This document shows, one piece after another, positions 16,324 through 25,072 of a stretch of 49,805 nucleotides of DNA. Under the pieces are notes generated by a model. That model was not told where the DNA came from, did no database searches, and was given only the letters and a program-made list of their open reading frames with translations. How positions within the stretch are numbered: position 1 is the stretch's first letter; the number at the start of each line of letters is the position of its first letter. Made by a program: the position numbers and the translations under genes. The DNA comes from an uncultured archaeon (GTDB lineage: Archaea > Iainarchaeota > Iainarchaeia > JAADDC01): NCBI GenBank assembly GCA_964451455.1, contig CAYVHT010000002.1, forward strand, positions 1 to 49,805, in the 5' to 3' direction.

Positions 16324-16735
16324 GTACCTGCGCCTCATTGCTCTATTCTTCGTTCTTTACATCGCCCTCAGGTACACACTTGGCTCTCTCCTCATTCGTC
16401 CCACTACTTCTTTTCTATCTTTCCTCCTCGGCTGCTCTGGTAATGGTGAAACGCTCGTCTGCGGTGACTACGCATACGAGATTATTCCCGAATGCACAGG
16501 CATCGTCTCCATTGCCCTCTTCCTCGCTCTGCTATACGTTTTCCGCGTTCCTCGTTCTCGCGCTCTTCGTGTTGTTCTCTTTGGCTCCATTGCGTTATAC
16601 CTCTTGGACGTGGCTCGCGTGTACGCCCTCATCCGTTTCACGCACTCTATATCCGCCTTTGACTTCTGGCATACCGTTTCTTGGTTCGTTGCACCTATTC
16701 TCATCGTGGCATACGTGCTTTGGCTGGCGAAGTAA
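16310..16735 (+). CDS. small exosortase/archaeosortase-family protein (141 aa)
   Basis: Four or five TM helices with a candidate Cys-Arg-His triad in the usual order: IIPECTGIVS, LLDVARVYAL, FWHTVSWF. Overlaps the carS stop by 14 nt. Confidence 0.55.
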   Translation: MSRGEYLRLIALFFVLYIALRYTLGSLLIRPTTSFLSFLLGCSGNGETLVCGDYAYEIIPECTGIVSIALFLALLYVFRVPRSRALRVVLFGSIALYLLDVARVYALIRFTHSISAFDFWHTVSWFVAPILIVAYVLWLAK

Positions 16736-16787
16736 TTTAACCTTTTCTCGCAGAATTCATACTGCTGCGCGTGATGCGCCGTATTGT

Positions 16788-16860
16788 AGCCCCGTGGTGT
16801 AGTGGCCAAGCATGCGGGACTCTGGATCCCGCGACCCCGGTTCGAATCCGGGCGGGGCTA
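16788..16860 (+). tRNA. tRNA-Gln(CUG): tRNA-Gln (anticodon CUG), no intron, CCA not encoded
   Basis: Acceptor AGCCCCG/CGGGGCT, D-arm GTGT-AGTGGCCAA-GCAT, anticodon arm CGGGA-CTCTGGA-TCCCG, T-arm CCCGG-TTCGAAT-CCGGG, discriminator A. Confidence 0.9.
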
Positions 16861-16946
16861 CTATCTCATATTATCTGCTGTCTTCTTTGTTTCTCGCTTC
16901 GTTCTTGTGTATCTGGCTATTGCTTGTCACTCACAGTAATTAGAGG

Positions 16947-17021
16947 CGGGCCCGGGGGGATTCGAACCCCCGACCTTCGGGTCCGAAACCCGACGCGCTG
17001 TCCAGGCTACGCCACGGGCCC
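16947..17021 (-). tRNA. tRNA-Arg(UCG): tRNA-Arg (anticodon UCG), no intron
   Basis: Minus-strand reading: GGGCCCG TG GCGT-AGCCTGGACA-GCGC G TCGGG-TTTCGGA-CCCGA AGGTC GGGGG-TTCGAAT-CCCCC CGGGCCC G. Confidence 0.9.
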
Positions 17022-17171
17022 AACCGCCGTCCCAGTTGACGTGACGGTGAGTAGGACATTCACTGCGTTCAGCCCCACACCCCGCCGGCTGTGCGTCCGA
17101 CCGAGCGGATGAGAGTGTCGGACCCGCTCGCGCTCCACCGAAGCATTCGGTGCAGGCTACGCCACGGGCCC
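17022..17171 (-). other. GC-rich 150-nt leader of tRNA-Arg containing a partial tRNA-like module (acceptor/D-arm copy, D-loop hairpin, CCG-anticodon-like arm) without its own T-arm
   Basis: 17153-17171 is an exact 19-nt copy of 17003-17021. On the minus strand it is followed by the hairpin CACCGAA-TGC-TTCGGTG, then GAGCGCG, AGCGG-GTCCGAC...CCGCT and CGGTC. No TTCGAAT-type loop and no second CGGGCCC acceptor strand are present. Confidence 0.5.
17153..17171 (-). repeat. 19-nt exact direct repeat of the tRNA-Arg 5' end (partner 17003-17021)
   Basis: caggctacgccacgggccc occurs at both positions, 150 nt apart. Confidence 0.95.
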
Positions 17172-17215
17172 GCTACTCTGCTAAAGCATATAAATGACGG
17201 AGTGTTTATATCTGC

Positions 17216-18526
17216 ATGCAGCGACGGGGTCAGACGAATGTAGAGTATCTTTTGCTCACAGGTGGCGTCATTCTCGTGGCAGTAGTTGGTGGGTATTATG
17301 CAGTTTCTGCCACGTCTAACGCATTTCACGAGCTGAATTCTGCTGCTGGCGGAGGAAGTACTGTTATTACGCCACCCGTCTCGGATATGCCCCCCAGCAT
17401 CACGTCGTTTACCGTGAATCCAACATCTGGCGACATTAGCACGACGTTCAACATCTCTTGTAGCGCAAGTGATGATCACGGTATATCTTCCATTACTCTC
17501 TATGACGGCTCTAACGCGATTCATTCCTGCTCGTCGTCTCCCTGTACATATGCCACAAATTTATCATCTGGCACTCACAGTATCTCCTGCAAGGTGACGG
17601 ATACTAGCGGGCATACAGTTTCCGCGACTCCGATTAGCGTCACCGTTTCTACAACTCCTCCTGACACAACTCCGCCTACTGTTAGTGCCAACGTAACGGA
17701 TCTTGGGTCTGGCCAATATACTCTATCCTGCACTGCGTCTGACGCTAGTGGAATATCTTCTGTTACTGTTATACTTGATAATAGTCCCGAAAAGCACTGT
17801 TCGTCTTCCCCCTGTGCGCAGACCGTTACTGTTTCCGCGGGCAGTCACGAGTTGAATTGTGTTGCGGAGGACAGGGCGGGGAACACGAATTACGCAATCA
17901 AGTCCTTTTCTTATACTCCGTGCACCGATGAATGTACGTCTGGTTCTGTTCAGTTCCGCTGTGACGGTAACGTACTCCAGAGACGTTCTTGCGGCAACTT
18001 TGACTCCGATTCGTGTACTGAGTGGTCTTCTTGGTCCGACGTTAATAACTGCGACGACTATGACGGTAAATACGGATCGGAGTACCGGGACTATTACTGT
18101 GACTCTGCAACGCATAGCTGCAAGTACTCGGTCACGTGCACCGATGAATGCACTTCGGACCAGAATCGCTGCAACGGTAGCGTTTTCCAGGTCAGCAAGT
18201 GTGGCAACTATGATTCGGATCCCTGTCTTGATTATGGCGGGTGGCAGGATGTGAATAACTGTGATGACTACGATGGCTGGTATGGAAATGAGTATCACGA
18301 CTACTCTTGTGATACTACGTCTTCAACCGGGTGTTCTTACACCGTGACGCAGACATGTTCTGACGAGTGTACTGAAGGAAATTCTAAGGCCATTTTGTGC
18401 CCGAAATGGGTATGCCAGCATCTTCCTGGGCTTCCAGGGTGCCACTGGAAGCTGAATTGGGTTATATGTGGATATAAGCACTGCAAGACTACCTGTGACT
18501 CCGATCCGTGCACCGAGTGGTGTTGA
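17216..18526 (+). CDS. large pilin-like/adhesin-like protein with class III signal peptide, two Ig-like repeats and three Cys-rich modules
   Basis: N-terminus MQRRG/QTNVEYLLLTGGVILVAVVGG. Two repeats of about 85 aa share SC.ASD..GISS.T...HCSSSPC. Two modules of about 72 aa begin CTDECTS... (nt 17921 and 18137), followed by a truncated third (CSDECTEG...CDSDPCTEWC). Confidence 0.75.
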   Translation: MQRRGQTNVEYLLLTGGVILVAVVGGYYAVSATSNAFHELNSAAGGGSTVITPPVSDMPPSITSFTVNPTSGDISTTFNISCSASDDHGISSITLYDGSNAIHSCSSSPCTYATNLSSGTHSISCKVTDTSGHTVSATPISVTVSTTPPDTTPPTVSANVTDLGSGQYTLSCTASDASGISSVTVILDNSPEKHCSSSPCAQTVTVSAGSHELNCVAEDRAGNTNYAIKSFSYTPCTDECTSGSVQFRCDGNVLQRRSCGNFDSDSCTEWSSWSDVNNCDDYDGKYGSEYRDYYCDSATHSCKYSVTCTDECTSDQNRCNGSVFQVSKCGNYDSDPCLDYGGWQDVNNCDDYDGWYGNEYHDYSCDTTSSTGCSYTVTQTCSDECTEGNSKAILCPKWVCQHLPGLPGCHWKLNWVICGYKHCKTTCDSDPCTEWC

Positions 18527-18534
18527 GGTGTTGC

Positions 18535-18990
18535 ATGATGGCGACAATACGCAGCAAATATATGGTCGTTGCTGGGGCTGTAGTAGTGATTCTTGCGATT
18601 CTGGCGGTTGCGGCGATATCTTCGCATCCTGCGAAGTCCCCTGCCTTTAGCTGTGCCCCCTTGGACTATAACTACTATGATGCCAACTTTACAGAAGTGT
18701 CTAATGCCCCCGCATACCTCTCGAGCGTTTTACCACAGTACTTTTCGGACGTTCACTATGTAGTCTGCTACCCTGGTTTTGCAGTGGCCGTGTATGGAAA
18801 GGGTCCGTGTGGTTCTGCTTCCGCGATCTGTAATGTTCAGGTAAATGTGGACAACAATACTGCGTACACTCGCTGCGTCGTTCTTTCGGATGCTAATGGG
18901 CATGCAAATCGCTGGGCCGCGGCGCAGTGCAGTGATATAAATGCGCAGATTCACCGGGCGATGGAAGGTAATCTCACCACCACTCCGTGA
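18535..18990 (+). CDS. membrane-anchored hypothetical protein (151 aa)
   Basis: ATG 18535 lies just after the upstream stop (track start 18508 overlaps it). N-terminal TM helix VVAGAVVVILAILAVAAI; Cys-containing ectodomain. Confidence 0.55.
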   Translation: MMATIRSKYMVVAGAVVVILAILAVAAISSHPAKSPAFSCAPLDYNYYDANFTEVSNAPAYLSSVLPQYFSDVHYVVCYPGFAVAVYGKGPCGSASAICNVQVNVDNNTAYTRCVVLSDANGHANRWAAAQCSDINAQIHRAMEGNLTTTP

Positions 18991-20194
18991 TTTTTCTTTG
19001 ATTCACACTTTCTCTTATCAAAACGCTTCTTGATACCCATCTCTCCACAGGAATCCTCATCTTCGGCCGTATGTGGTCAAGGACTTCATTTAGTGATCCG
19101 AACCGTTCATATCCATTCTCTAACGCTTCCCTCACATTTTCCCTCACTTGCCATACGCCCAAGGGGATGTAGTATCCCTCGTGTACCTCGCGGAAAATCA
19201 CCACGCGTGCCTGCTTTTGCATTTTTAGCAGATGCTCAATCACGGCGATCCGTGCGGCGTAGTATGATCCACCCACATTCTCTGCATAGCCCTTTCTCCC
19301 GTTGTGGCCTTCCCAGTCGTTTACCAAGTAAGGCTGCGTTCCCGAGTACCAGACGGAGCCGGGTGCCCATGCTTCGATCAGTTCAAAGCCCCAGACGTCG
19401 GGCATGAAGATTATGTAGAAATGATTGTCAAATAGGTGGCTCTCGTAGAGATAATAGCTATCCACTGGCTTGAACCTCTTTATCTTGTCAATTTCTTTTC
19501 TGTATATGATGTCGTCCGTTGCTGTTATTGCCCATCTCGTCGGTACCAGCTTCCTGTTGCGCGGTATTCCCAGGACGCCAGCGGAGAGTATGCGAGAGAG
19601 CACATAAACATCGTAGCCCCTCTCAAATAGCTGTATCACTGCGTCCTCTGCCTTTACCTCGTCGTAATAAAATTTCTCCACTTTTTTGTCGGTTTTTGGG
19701 TTTTCCTGCGGGATGATCTTTTTTGCAGGGGCTTTTGGGCCCATAGGTGCCACGAACTGACCAAATTCCACCCGCGGTTTTGGTTCTTTTTCCAGGATTG
19801 CCTCCACTGTTACTGGCTTCTTGCTCATGGCCAGTTCTTGCAACGTTAGTACGTCGTTCGTGGGGTTTGCTGCCGTGTATACATCGGCGCGTATTGTGGG
19901 ACGTATGAGTGAGGATCGTATGCCCACAATTTCGTCTATGCTCATCTCCGTCCAGTACCGCGGATCGTCTGCTATGCTAACGAACTGGGACGTTTCCATG
20001 GGTGCAACTTCGACCTTCGGGTAGTTTCTCCAACTAATGAAGATGGCGGGGGGCGTGGGTGCGTTAATCTCCGTGCTTTTGGGTATTGTCGCCTCCATAA
20101 TTTTTTTCTGCTCAAGTATTGGGCATTTTGGCAGTCCACACCAGAGGCGGCCCTTGCAGCGAACGCAGAGCTTTGGATCAATGATCTTTACCAC
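18974..20194 (-). CDS. Nre-family protein (DUF650/DUF651; putative DNA repair), archaeal
   Basis: N-terminal CVRCKGRLWCGLPKCP motif and size of about 400 aa match my recollection of the Nre_N/Nre_C family. GTG start. Confidence 0.5.
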   Translation of the reverse strand: MVKIIDPKLCVRCKGRLWCGLPKCPILEQKKIMEATIPKSTEINAPTPPAIFISWRNYPKVEVAPMETSQFVSIADDPRYWTEMSIDEIVGIRSSLIRPTIRADVYTAANPTNDVLTLQELAMSKKPVTVEAILEKEPKPRVEFGQFVAPMGPKAPAKKIIPQENPKTDKKVEKFYYDEVKAEDAVIQLFERGYDVYVLSRILSAGVLGIPRNRKLVPTRWAITATDDIIYRKEIDKIKRFKPVDSYYLYESHLFDNHFYIIFMPDVWGFELIEAWAPGSVWYSGTQPYLVNDWEGHNGRKGYAENVGGSYYAARIAVIEHLLKMQKQARVVIFREVHEGYYIPLGVWQVRENVREALENGYERFGSLNEVLDHIRPKMRIPVERWVSRSVLIRESVNQRKITEWW

Positions 20195-20213
20195 GATGTA
20201 AAGACGTCGTTAG

Positions 20214-20222
20214 TATTAAATA
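20214..20222. promoter_or_regulatory. single central TATA element (TATTAAATA) between divergent nre-like gene and pilus ATPase
   Basis: Centre 20218 is 24 nt from GTG 20194 (minus) and 26 nt from GTG 20244 (plus). The spacer is 49 nt. Confidence 0.4.
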
Positions 20223-20243
20223 CGGGTTTCTCGTTATGGAAAC

Positions 20244-21836
20244 GTGGGGTATCTCAAGGATTTGCTTGAGGAAGCCAAGGGCAAGAACAAGAATGGAGAG
20301 TCCACTTTGGACTCTGAAGCGGCTGTTAAGAAGCAGAATGATGCGTCAATTTCATCCTCTGAGCCGTCCGGCATTGAAGGGAAGGAGAAAGTGCTCGTGG
20401 ATTCCTACGGAGATGTCAAAATCTATCGTGTGAAGGGCGATCCGCTATTCTGGTATGTCGTTCCCGTTCCGCGACCGACGTCGGGTGAGCGCAAGATTAT
20501 AAACCTTTTGAAGGAGGCTACAACCCGTATAGTATCTCTCACGACGTCTCAGATCCGTGATCCTGAGGCGAAGAAGAATGTATATCGCCAGAAAGTCCTT
20601 GAGATCATCGATTCAGTTCCTGAGCTGGGTATCCCTCGGACGAAAAGAGAGTTCTACGCAGAGGTCGTTGTAAGGGAAATGGTTGGCTACGGCGTGTTAG
20701 ATCCCCTCGTGAACGATGAGCTGCTGGAAGAGATCATGGTTATCGGCCCCAAACGCCCTGTTTACGTCTTCCACCGCAAGTATGGGATGATGAAAACCAA
20801 TGTGGAGTTTTACGAGGACAAAGAGATTCAAGCAATCATCGAGAAGATTGCCAGAGATGTTAACAGGCATATCGATGCGATGAATCCGCTCCTTGATGCT
20901 CGCCTGCCCGACGGCTCTCGTGTGAACGCTACTATTCCACCTGCTTCTGTGGATGGTTCTACGATCACTATTAGAAAGTTCCGCAAGGATCCGTACACCG
21001 TTCTTGATCTTATCGGGTTCGGGACAATGTCCCCAGAGCTCGCTGCATTTCTCTGGTTGGCTGTTGATGGTATGGGTGCTAAACCAGCCAACATTCTTGT
21101 CTCTGGTGGTACCGGTTCTGGAAAGACCACAACGCTAAACGTTCTTGCTACGTACATTCCCGCTCACGAACGTATTATTACAATAGAGGACACTGCAGAG
21201 CTTAATTTGCCTTTGGAGCACTGGGTGCGTTTAGAGGCTCGCCCGCCAAGCATAGAAGGAACTGGAGAGATCTCCATGGACGTTCTCGTGAAGAACGCCC
21301 TGCGCATGCGCCCGGACCGCATCATAGTGGGGGAGGTACGTCACAAGGAGGCGTCTACTCTGTTTACAGCTATGAACACTGGCCACGATGGTTGTATGGG
21401 CACAATTCACGCCAACAGTGCTGAGGAGACCATGGTGCGCATCATGTCACCACCCATGAACGTTCCGAAGGTTATGGCAAGCGCGCTAGATTTCATACTC
21501 GTTCAGAACCGCATCCATGATCGTAGAAAGGGTACTATCCGTCGCGTTGTAGAGTTTGCAGAGGTTCGCGAGGTGGATGGGGATCCCAGAACGTTCACGA
21601 TATTCTCATGGGATGCTGCCAAGGACGAGCAGGTGTTGGTGGACGAGGACATACGTTACTTGAAGACTCTTTCAGACTTTACTGGCTTGAGCATTGATGA
21701 GTTGCGGGACGAGTGGAAAAGGAGAAAGGACTACCTGGAGAGGTTGAGGAACAGCGGCGTCAAGGGCATTAAAGCCGTCAAGTCTGCAATTCAGGAGTAT
21801 TACGAGGGGGCTGAGAAACGATGGAAGAAGATGTAG
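20244..21836 (+). CDS. type IV pilus/archaellum-type secretion ATPase (VirB11/PilB/ArlI family)
   Basis: Walker A VSGGTGSGKTTTLNVL, Walker B RIITIEDTAEL, RMRPDRIIVGEVR, HDGCMGTIHAN. Confidence 0.9.
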   Translation: MGYLKDLLEEAKGKNKNGESTLDSEAAVKKQNDASISSSEPSGIEGKEKVLVDSYGDVKIYRVKGDPLFWYVVPVPRPTSGERKIINLLKEATTRIVSLTTSQIRDPEAKKNVYRQKVLEIIDSVPELGIPRTKREFYAEVVVREMVGYGVLDPLVNDELLEEIMVIGPKRPVYVFHRKYGMMKTNVEFYEDKEIQAIIEKIARDVNRHIDAMNPLLDARLPDGSRVNATIPPASVDGSTITIRKFRKDPYTVLDLIGFGTMSPELAAFLWLAVDGMGAKPANILVSGGTGSGKTTTLNVLATYIPAHERIITIEDTAELNLPLEHWVRLEARPPSIEGTGEISMDVLVKNALRMRPDRIIVGEVRHKEASTLFTAMNTGHDGCMGTIHANSAEETMVRIMSPPMNVPKVMASALDFILVQNRIHDRRKGTIRRVVEFAEVREVDGDPRTFTIFSWDAAKDEQVLVDEDIRYLKTLSDFTGLSIDELRDEWKRRKDYLERLRNSGVKGIKAVKSAIQEYYEGAEKRWKKM

Positions 21837-22987
21837 ACTTGAACGATCTTAAGAAGACTATTCTTGGCGATTCTAAAAAGAACGCTCCCAAACAGCCAGT
21901 GTCGGATAGGAAACAGGAAAAGAAGACAATAGATAGCGTTGATGAGATTGTACAGAGGATAGAGGAGAAGTACAGGCAGGAAGGGGCCTATATTCGGCGC
22001 GAAAACGCCGAGCCGGAGATCGATATTAACAAGGTGTTGGCTCCAGAGGTTACGGTCTCGGGCAGCCCTGCAGATCTTGCCGAGTCTGACAGCGGTTTCA
22101 TACGTTTTGCGGGAAAGATCTACTTGAAGTTCCAATCTTTCTTTGACTCTCTTGCGAATCGCATATCCAGTTCAGATTTCCTAAAAAAGCTGGATTGGGA
22201 CCTCTATGCTGCGGGTCTTCCCTTTACGGGCTCGCAGTACCTGATACTCACCCTTGTCATCGCATCCGTGTTGGCGTTGATAGCATTCTTCATCTCTATT
22301 CCCATCTTTTTGGTCCGCGGAAACCCCGTACTTGTGGCTATCGGCCCAATCCTGCTATCCTTTTTGGTGTTTCTGTTTACATACGGCTTTGCCCGCGTGT
22401 ATCCACAATCCATAGCCTCTAACCGTTCCCGCGCAGCTGAGCGGTATCTCCCCTTTGCTCTTCGCCATCTCGCTGTGGAGATCCGTGCAGGCATGGGTCT
22501 ATATCAGGCCATGCGTGCAGTGGCTGTCGCTAACTATGGAGAGCTTTCAGAGGAGTTTAAGCGCACCCTTCGTGAGATCGATGAAGGGAAGCCTATGGAG
22601 GTAGCTCTCTCAAACCTTGCAGCCCGTTCGAAGAGCAAGGGCATGCGCAGGGCGGTTGCTTCCATTCTTCGTGCTGTCAGGATTGGTGGGAACTTGTCAG
22701 ATACGATTATGAGCATCGCGAAGGACGTCTCATTTGAGCAGAGGCAGAAAGTGGCTGCTTACAGTGAGAAGCTGAATTTCTTTGGCGTACTTTTCATGTT
22801 CGTAGGTGTCGTGTTTCCTGTGATGCTAGCCATGCTGTCCACGATCGGATATGCACCAACGTCCGGTAAACTCCTTGCCGCGTTTCGTTTCCCGCCCGCC
22901 CTCCTTATGGTGGCGTTCTTGATAGCGTTTCCAGGATTCCTGTTGCTGTTCTACATGTTCGTGAGGATGTCGGATCCAATGAGGTGA
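21821..22987 (+). CDS. T2SS-F domain membrane protein (TadB/TadC / ArlJ-half-like), copy 1
   Basis: YLPFALRHLAVEIRAGMGLYQAMRAV...EFKRTLREIDEGKPMEVAL and flanking TM helices. Overlaps the ATPase stop. Confidence 0.8.
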   Translation: MEEDVDLNDLKKTILGDSKKNAPKQPVSDRKQEKKTIDSVDEIVQRIEEKYRQEGAYIRRENAEPEIDINKVLAPEVTVSGSPADLAESDSGFIRFAGKIYLKFQSFFDSLANRISSSDFLKKLDWDLYAAGLPFTGSQYLILTLVIASVLALIAFFISIPIFLVRGNPVLVAIGPILLSFLVFLFTYGFARVYPQSIASNRSRAAERYLPFALRHLAVEIRAGMGLYQAMRAVAVANYGELSEEFKRTLREIDEGKPMEVALSNLAARSKSKGMRRAVASILRAVRIGGNLSDTIMSIAKDVSFEQRQKVAAYSEKLNFFGVLFMFVGVVFPVMLAMLSTIGYAPTSGKLLAAFRFPPALLMVAFLIAFPGFLLLFYMFVRMSDPMR

Positions 22988-22991
22988 AGTT

Positions 22992-23888
22992 ATGGCGATG
23001 TTTGAGGGCTATCGCAAGGTGCTTCGGCTGGCGGGTATTTACACTGAGCCGCTTCTTCTATTTGGATCTGCTGCGGCAGTCGTGATAGCATCTATCATTT
23101 TGTCTGCTGCTCTTTTTAGCATCTGGCCTCTACTCATAGGTTTGCTCATTGCTGATCTCATTGTAGTTTATCCGTACAGCAAAGGCGAGGCGATTCTTCG
23201 GAGTGTCGAGGAGAATTTGCCGGATGCGCTTAAACAGATGGCCACAACGCTTCAATCTGGCGGTACCTTTGAGATGGCTGTGCGCGAAGTGGTTTCTTCA
23301 GATTATGGGGCGCTTTCCAAGCAATTTAGGTATGTTCTGGATGATTTGCAGAGCGGCGCCACTGTGGATACTGCTCTTTACAAGCTTTCTCGCCGTGTTC
23401 CGTCTCCCCTTCTTGAACGCACCACCACAATAATTTCCGATGCGGTTCGAGCAGGTGGCGGCCTTGCCAAGGTTCTCGCGGATGTAGCCGACGATGCCGC
23501 GGAATCTAACCGGCTTCTGGTGGAGCGTCACACGAAAACGACTATGCAGGCGATGTTTATTGTCACCGCTTCTGTCCTTCTTGCTCCGTTTATTGTTGGA
23601 GCAGCAATGGGGATCACGTCGTTCTTCATTACCCTTGGAAAGGAGTTTGTAGCTAATGGTATGATTAAGCCGGCTGATTTCAAGGATATGGTCGATGGTA
23701 TTCGCCTTCTTCAGAATCTTTTGACGTTCTACGTGCTCTTCCAGGCAGGGCTTTCTGCATATATGCTTGCTGCAATTCGTGGAGACTCTACGACCTCTGC
23801 AACTCGCTACCTTCCAGTTTTCCTAATAGTTGCATATGTTGTGCTCGTGGGTTCCGCGGGATTCGTCAGAGGCTTGCTCGGAGGCTAA
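22992..23888 (+). CDS. T2SS-F domain membrane protein (TadB/TadC / ArlJ-half-like), copy 2
   Basis: LPDALKQMATTLQSGGTFEMAVREV...QFRYVLDDLQSGATVDTAL plus TM helices. Confidence 0.8.
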   Translation: MAMFEGYRKVLRLAGIYTEPLLLFGSAAAVVIASIILSAALFSIWPLLIGLLIADLIVVYPYSKGEAILRSVEENLPDALKQMATTLQSGGTFEMAVREVVSSDYGALSKQFRYVLDDLQSGATVDTALYKLSRRVPSPLLERTTTIISDAVRAGGGLAKVLADVADDAAESNRLLVERHTKTTMQAMFIVTASVLLAPFIVGAAMGITSFFITLGKEFVANGMIKPADFKDMVDGIRLLQNLLTFYVLFQAGLSAYMLAAIRGDSTTSATRYLPVFLIVAYVVLVGSAGFVRGLLGG

Positions 23889-23937
23889 TCTTTATATACT
23901 CCCTTTTCGTTATACTCACGTCATTGGAGGTGGTATT

Positions 23938-24135
23938 ATGGATAATCGCGGTCAGACCACATTTGAGTACCTTTTGCTCGTGGGCGGCGTAGTCGTGCTC
24001 GGCGTCCTCGTGGTCTATCTGTTGACCACTAGCGTGAAGAGCAGTGCAACGGATATAAATGAGCAGCTGAAGCAGACGACCACGGCGCTGAATACGGCAA
24101 CCAACAGGTATGCGAATAACATTGCGAATATCTAA
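23938..24135 (+). CDS. small type IV pilin (class III signal peptide), 65 aa
   Basis: ATG 23938 is preceded by GGAGGTGG. N-terminus MDNRG/QTTFEYLLLVGGVVVLGVLVVYLL. Confidence 0.8.
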   Translation: MDNRGQTTFEYLLLVGGVVVLGVLVVYLLTTSVKSSATDINEQLKQTTTALNTATNRYANNIANI

Positions 24136-25072
24136 GCTTTCTATACCTTTCGGGCCATTTCTTTTTGTGCCCACCCTTTTCCCATTGTTTGCTTTTCCCA
24201 TTCTCCTCGTAGCGGCGTACACAGACCTTCGTTCCCGCGTCATACCTGACTGGTTAACCCTTGGCACCATTGCAGTTTTTCTCCCAATGGATCTCTATCT
24301 TTACGGCGTTTCGGCATTATTTCACGTTGGTGCAACATTCCTTGTTGCCTATGCGCTCTATAAGATTGGTGTTTGGGCTGGTGGGGATGTTAAGCTTTTT
24401 ACTGCCCTTGATGCGGTTTACCCGCACAGTGTCACCATTTTTGGCTACTCTGCGCCTTTTGTTCTCTGGCTTTTCATAGCAGCTGTCTTTGTCGGCCTTG
24501 TTGTCACTCTCTTTGTTCTTCTTCACCGTGTTTTTTCCGACCGTGCACTCCGCCGTGATTTCCTCAAGGCCCTGCTTCTCGCCGCTCGTAAATCATTTAT
24601 TCTCGCCGTCTTTACGCCCCTCTTCGGTTGGGCCGCAATTCTCGTGACGTTCGTTCCGTACCCTCTTGATCTCTTCGCTTCCATCGTTCTCTTGCCGTAT
24701 GTTTCTCTTCGTGCAGCTTTAACAGGCTTGGCGTACCTTTTTGCGGCATCTCTCGTGTTTATTGTTCTTGCATTCCGTACGTCTGCTTTTGTCCGTGAGA
24801 AGCCTGTTGATGAGTTGAAGGAGGGGGATATTGTAGCGGATTTCATTTTGAACGACGGCTCTGTCGTGCCCTTTTCTTGGCGTGCTGCTCTTAGCCTTTC
24901 ACATAATTCACGTGTGCGCCTTTCGCCTTTTCGCGCGGCCGGCCTATATAAAGACGATATTGTTTGGTTGAGGGCGCGTGGATTTGAGCGCGTCCGGGTG
25001 AAGTACTCTCTTCCCTTCGTTCCTTTCGTTCTAGTGGGCTATCTTTTTATCCTAGCGGCGCTCTATTTATAG
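24110..25072 (+). CDS. prepilin/preflagellin peptidase (A24 family, PibD/FlaK-like) with C-terminal extension
   Basis: Two catalytic Asp motifs: AAYTDLRSRVIPDWL and GVWAGGDVKLFTAL. Polytopic. The start may lie downstream of 24110, which overlaps the pilin gene. Confidence 0.8.
   Translation: MRITLRISKLSIPFGPFLFVPTLFPLFAFPILLVAAYTDLRSRVIPDWLTLGTIAVFLPMDLYLYGVSALFHVGATFLVAYALYKIGVWAGGDVKLFTALDAVYPHSVTIFGYSAPFVLWLFIAAVFVGLVVTLFVLLHRVFSDRALRRDFLKALLLAARKSFILAVFTPLFGWAAILVTFVPYPLDLFASIVLLPYVSLRAALTGLAYLFAASLVFIVLAFRTSAFVREKPVDELKEGDIVADFILNDGSVVPFSWRAALSLSHNSRVRLSPFRAAGLYKDDIVWLRARGFERVRVKYSLPFVPFVLVGYLFILAALYL

Noticed and set aside
16771-17524. ORFs 16771..17112(+) and 17069..17524(-)
   Set aside because: They span tRNA-Gln, tRNA-Arg and the tRNA leader, or are antisense to the pilin-like gene start.
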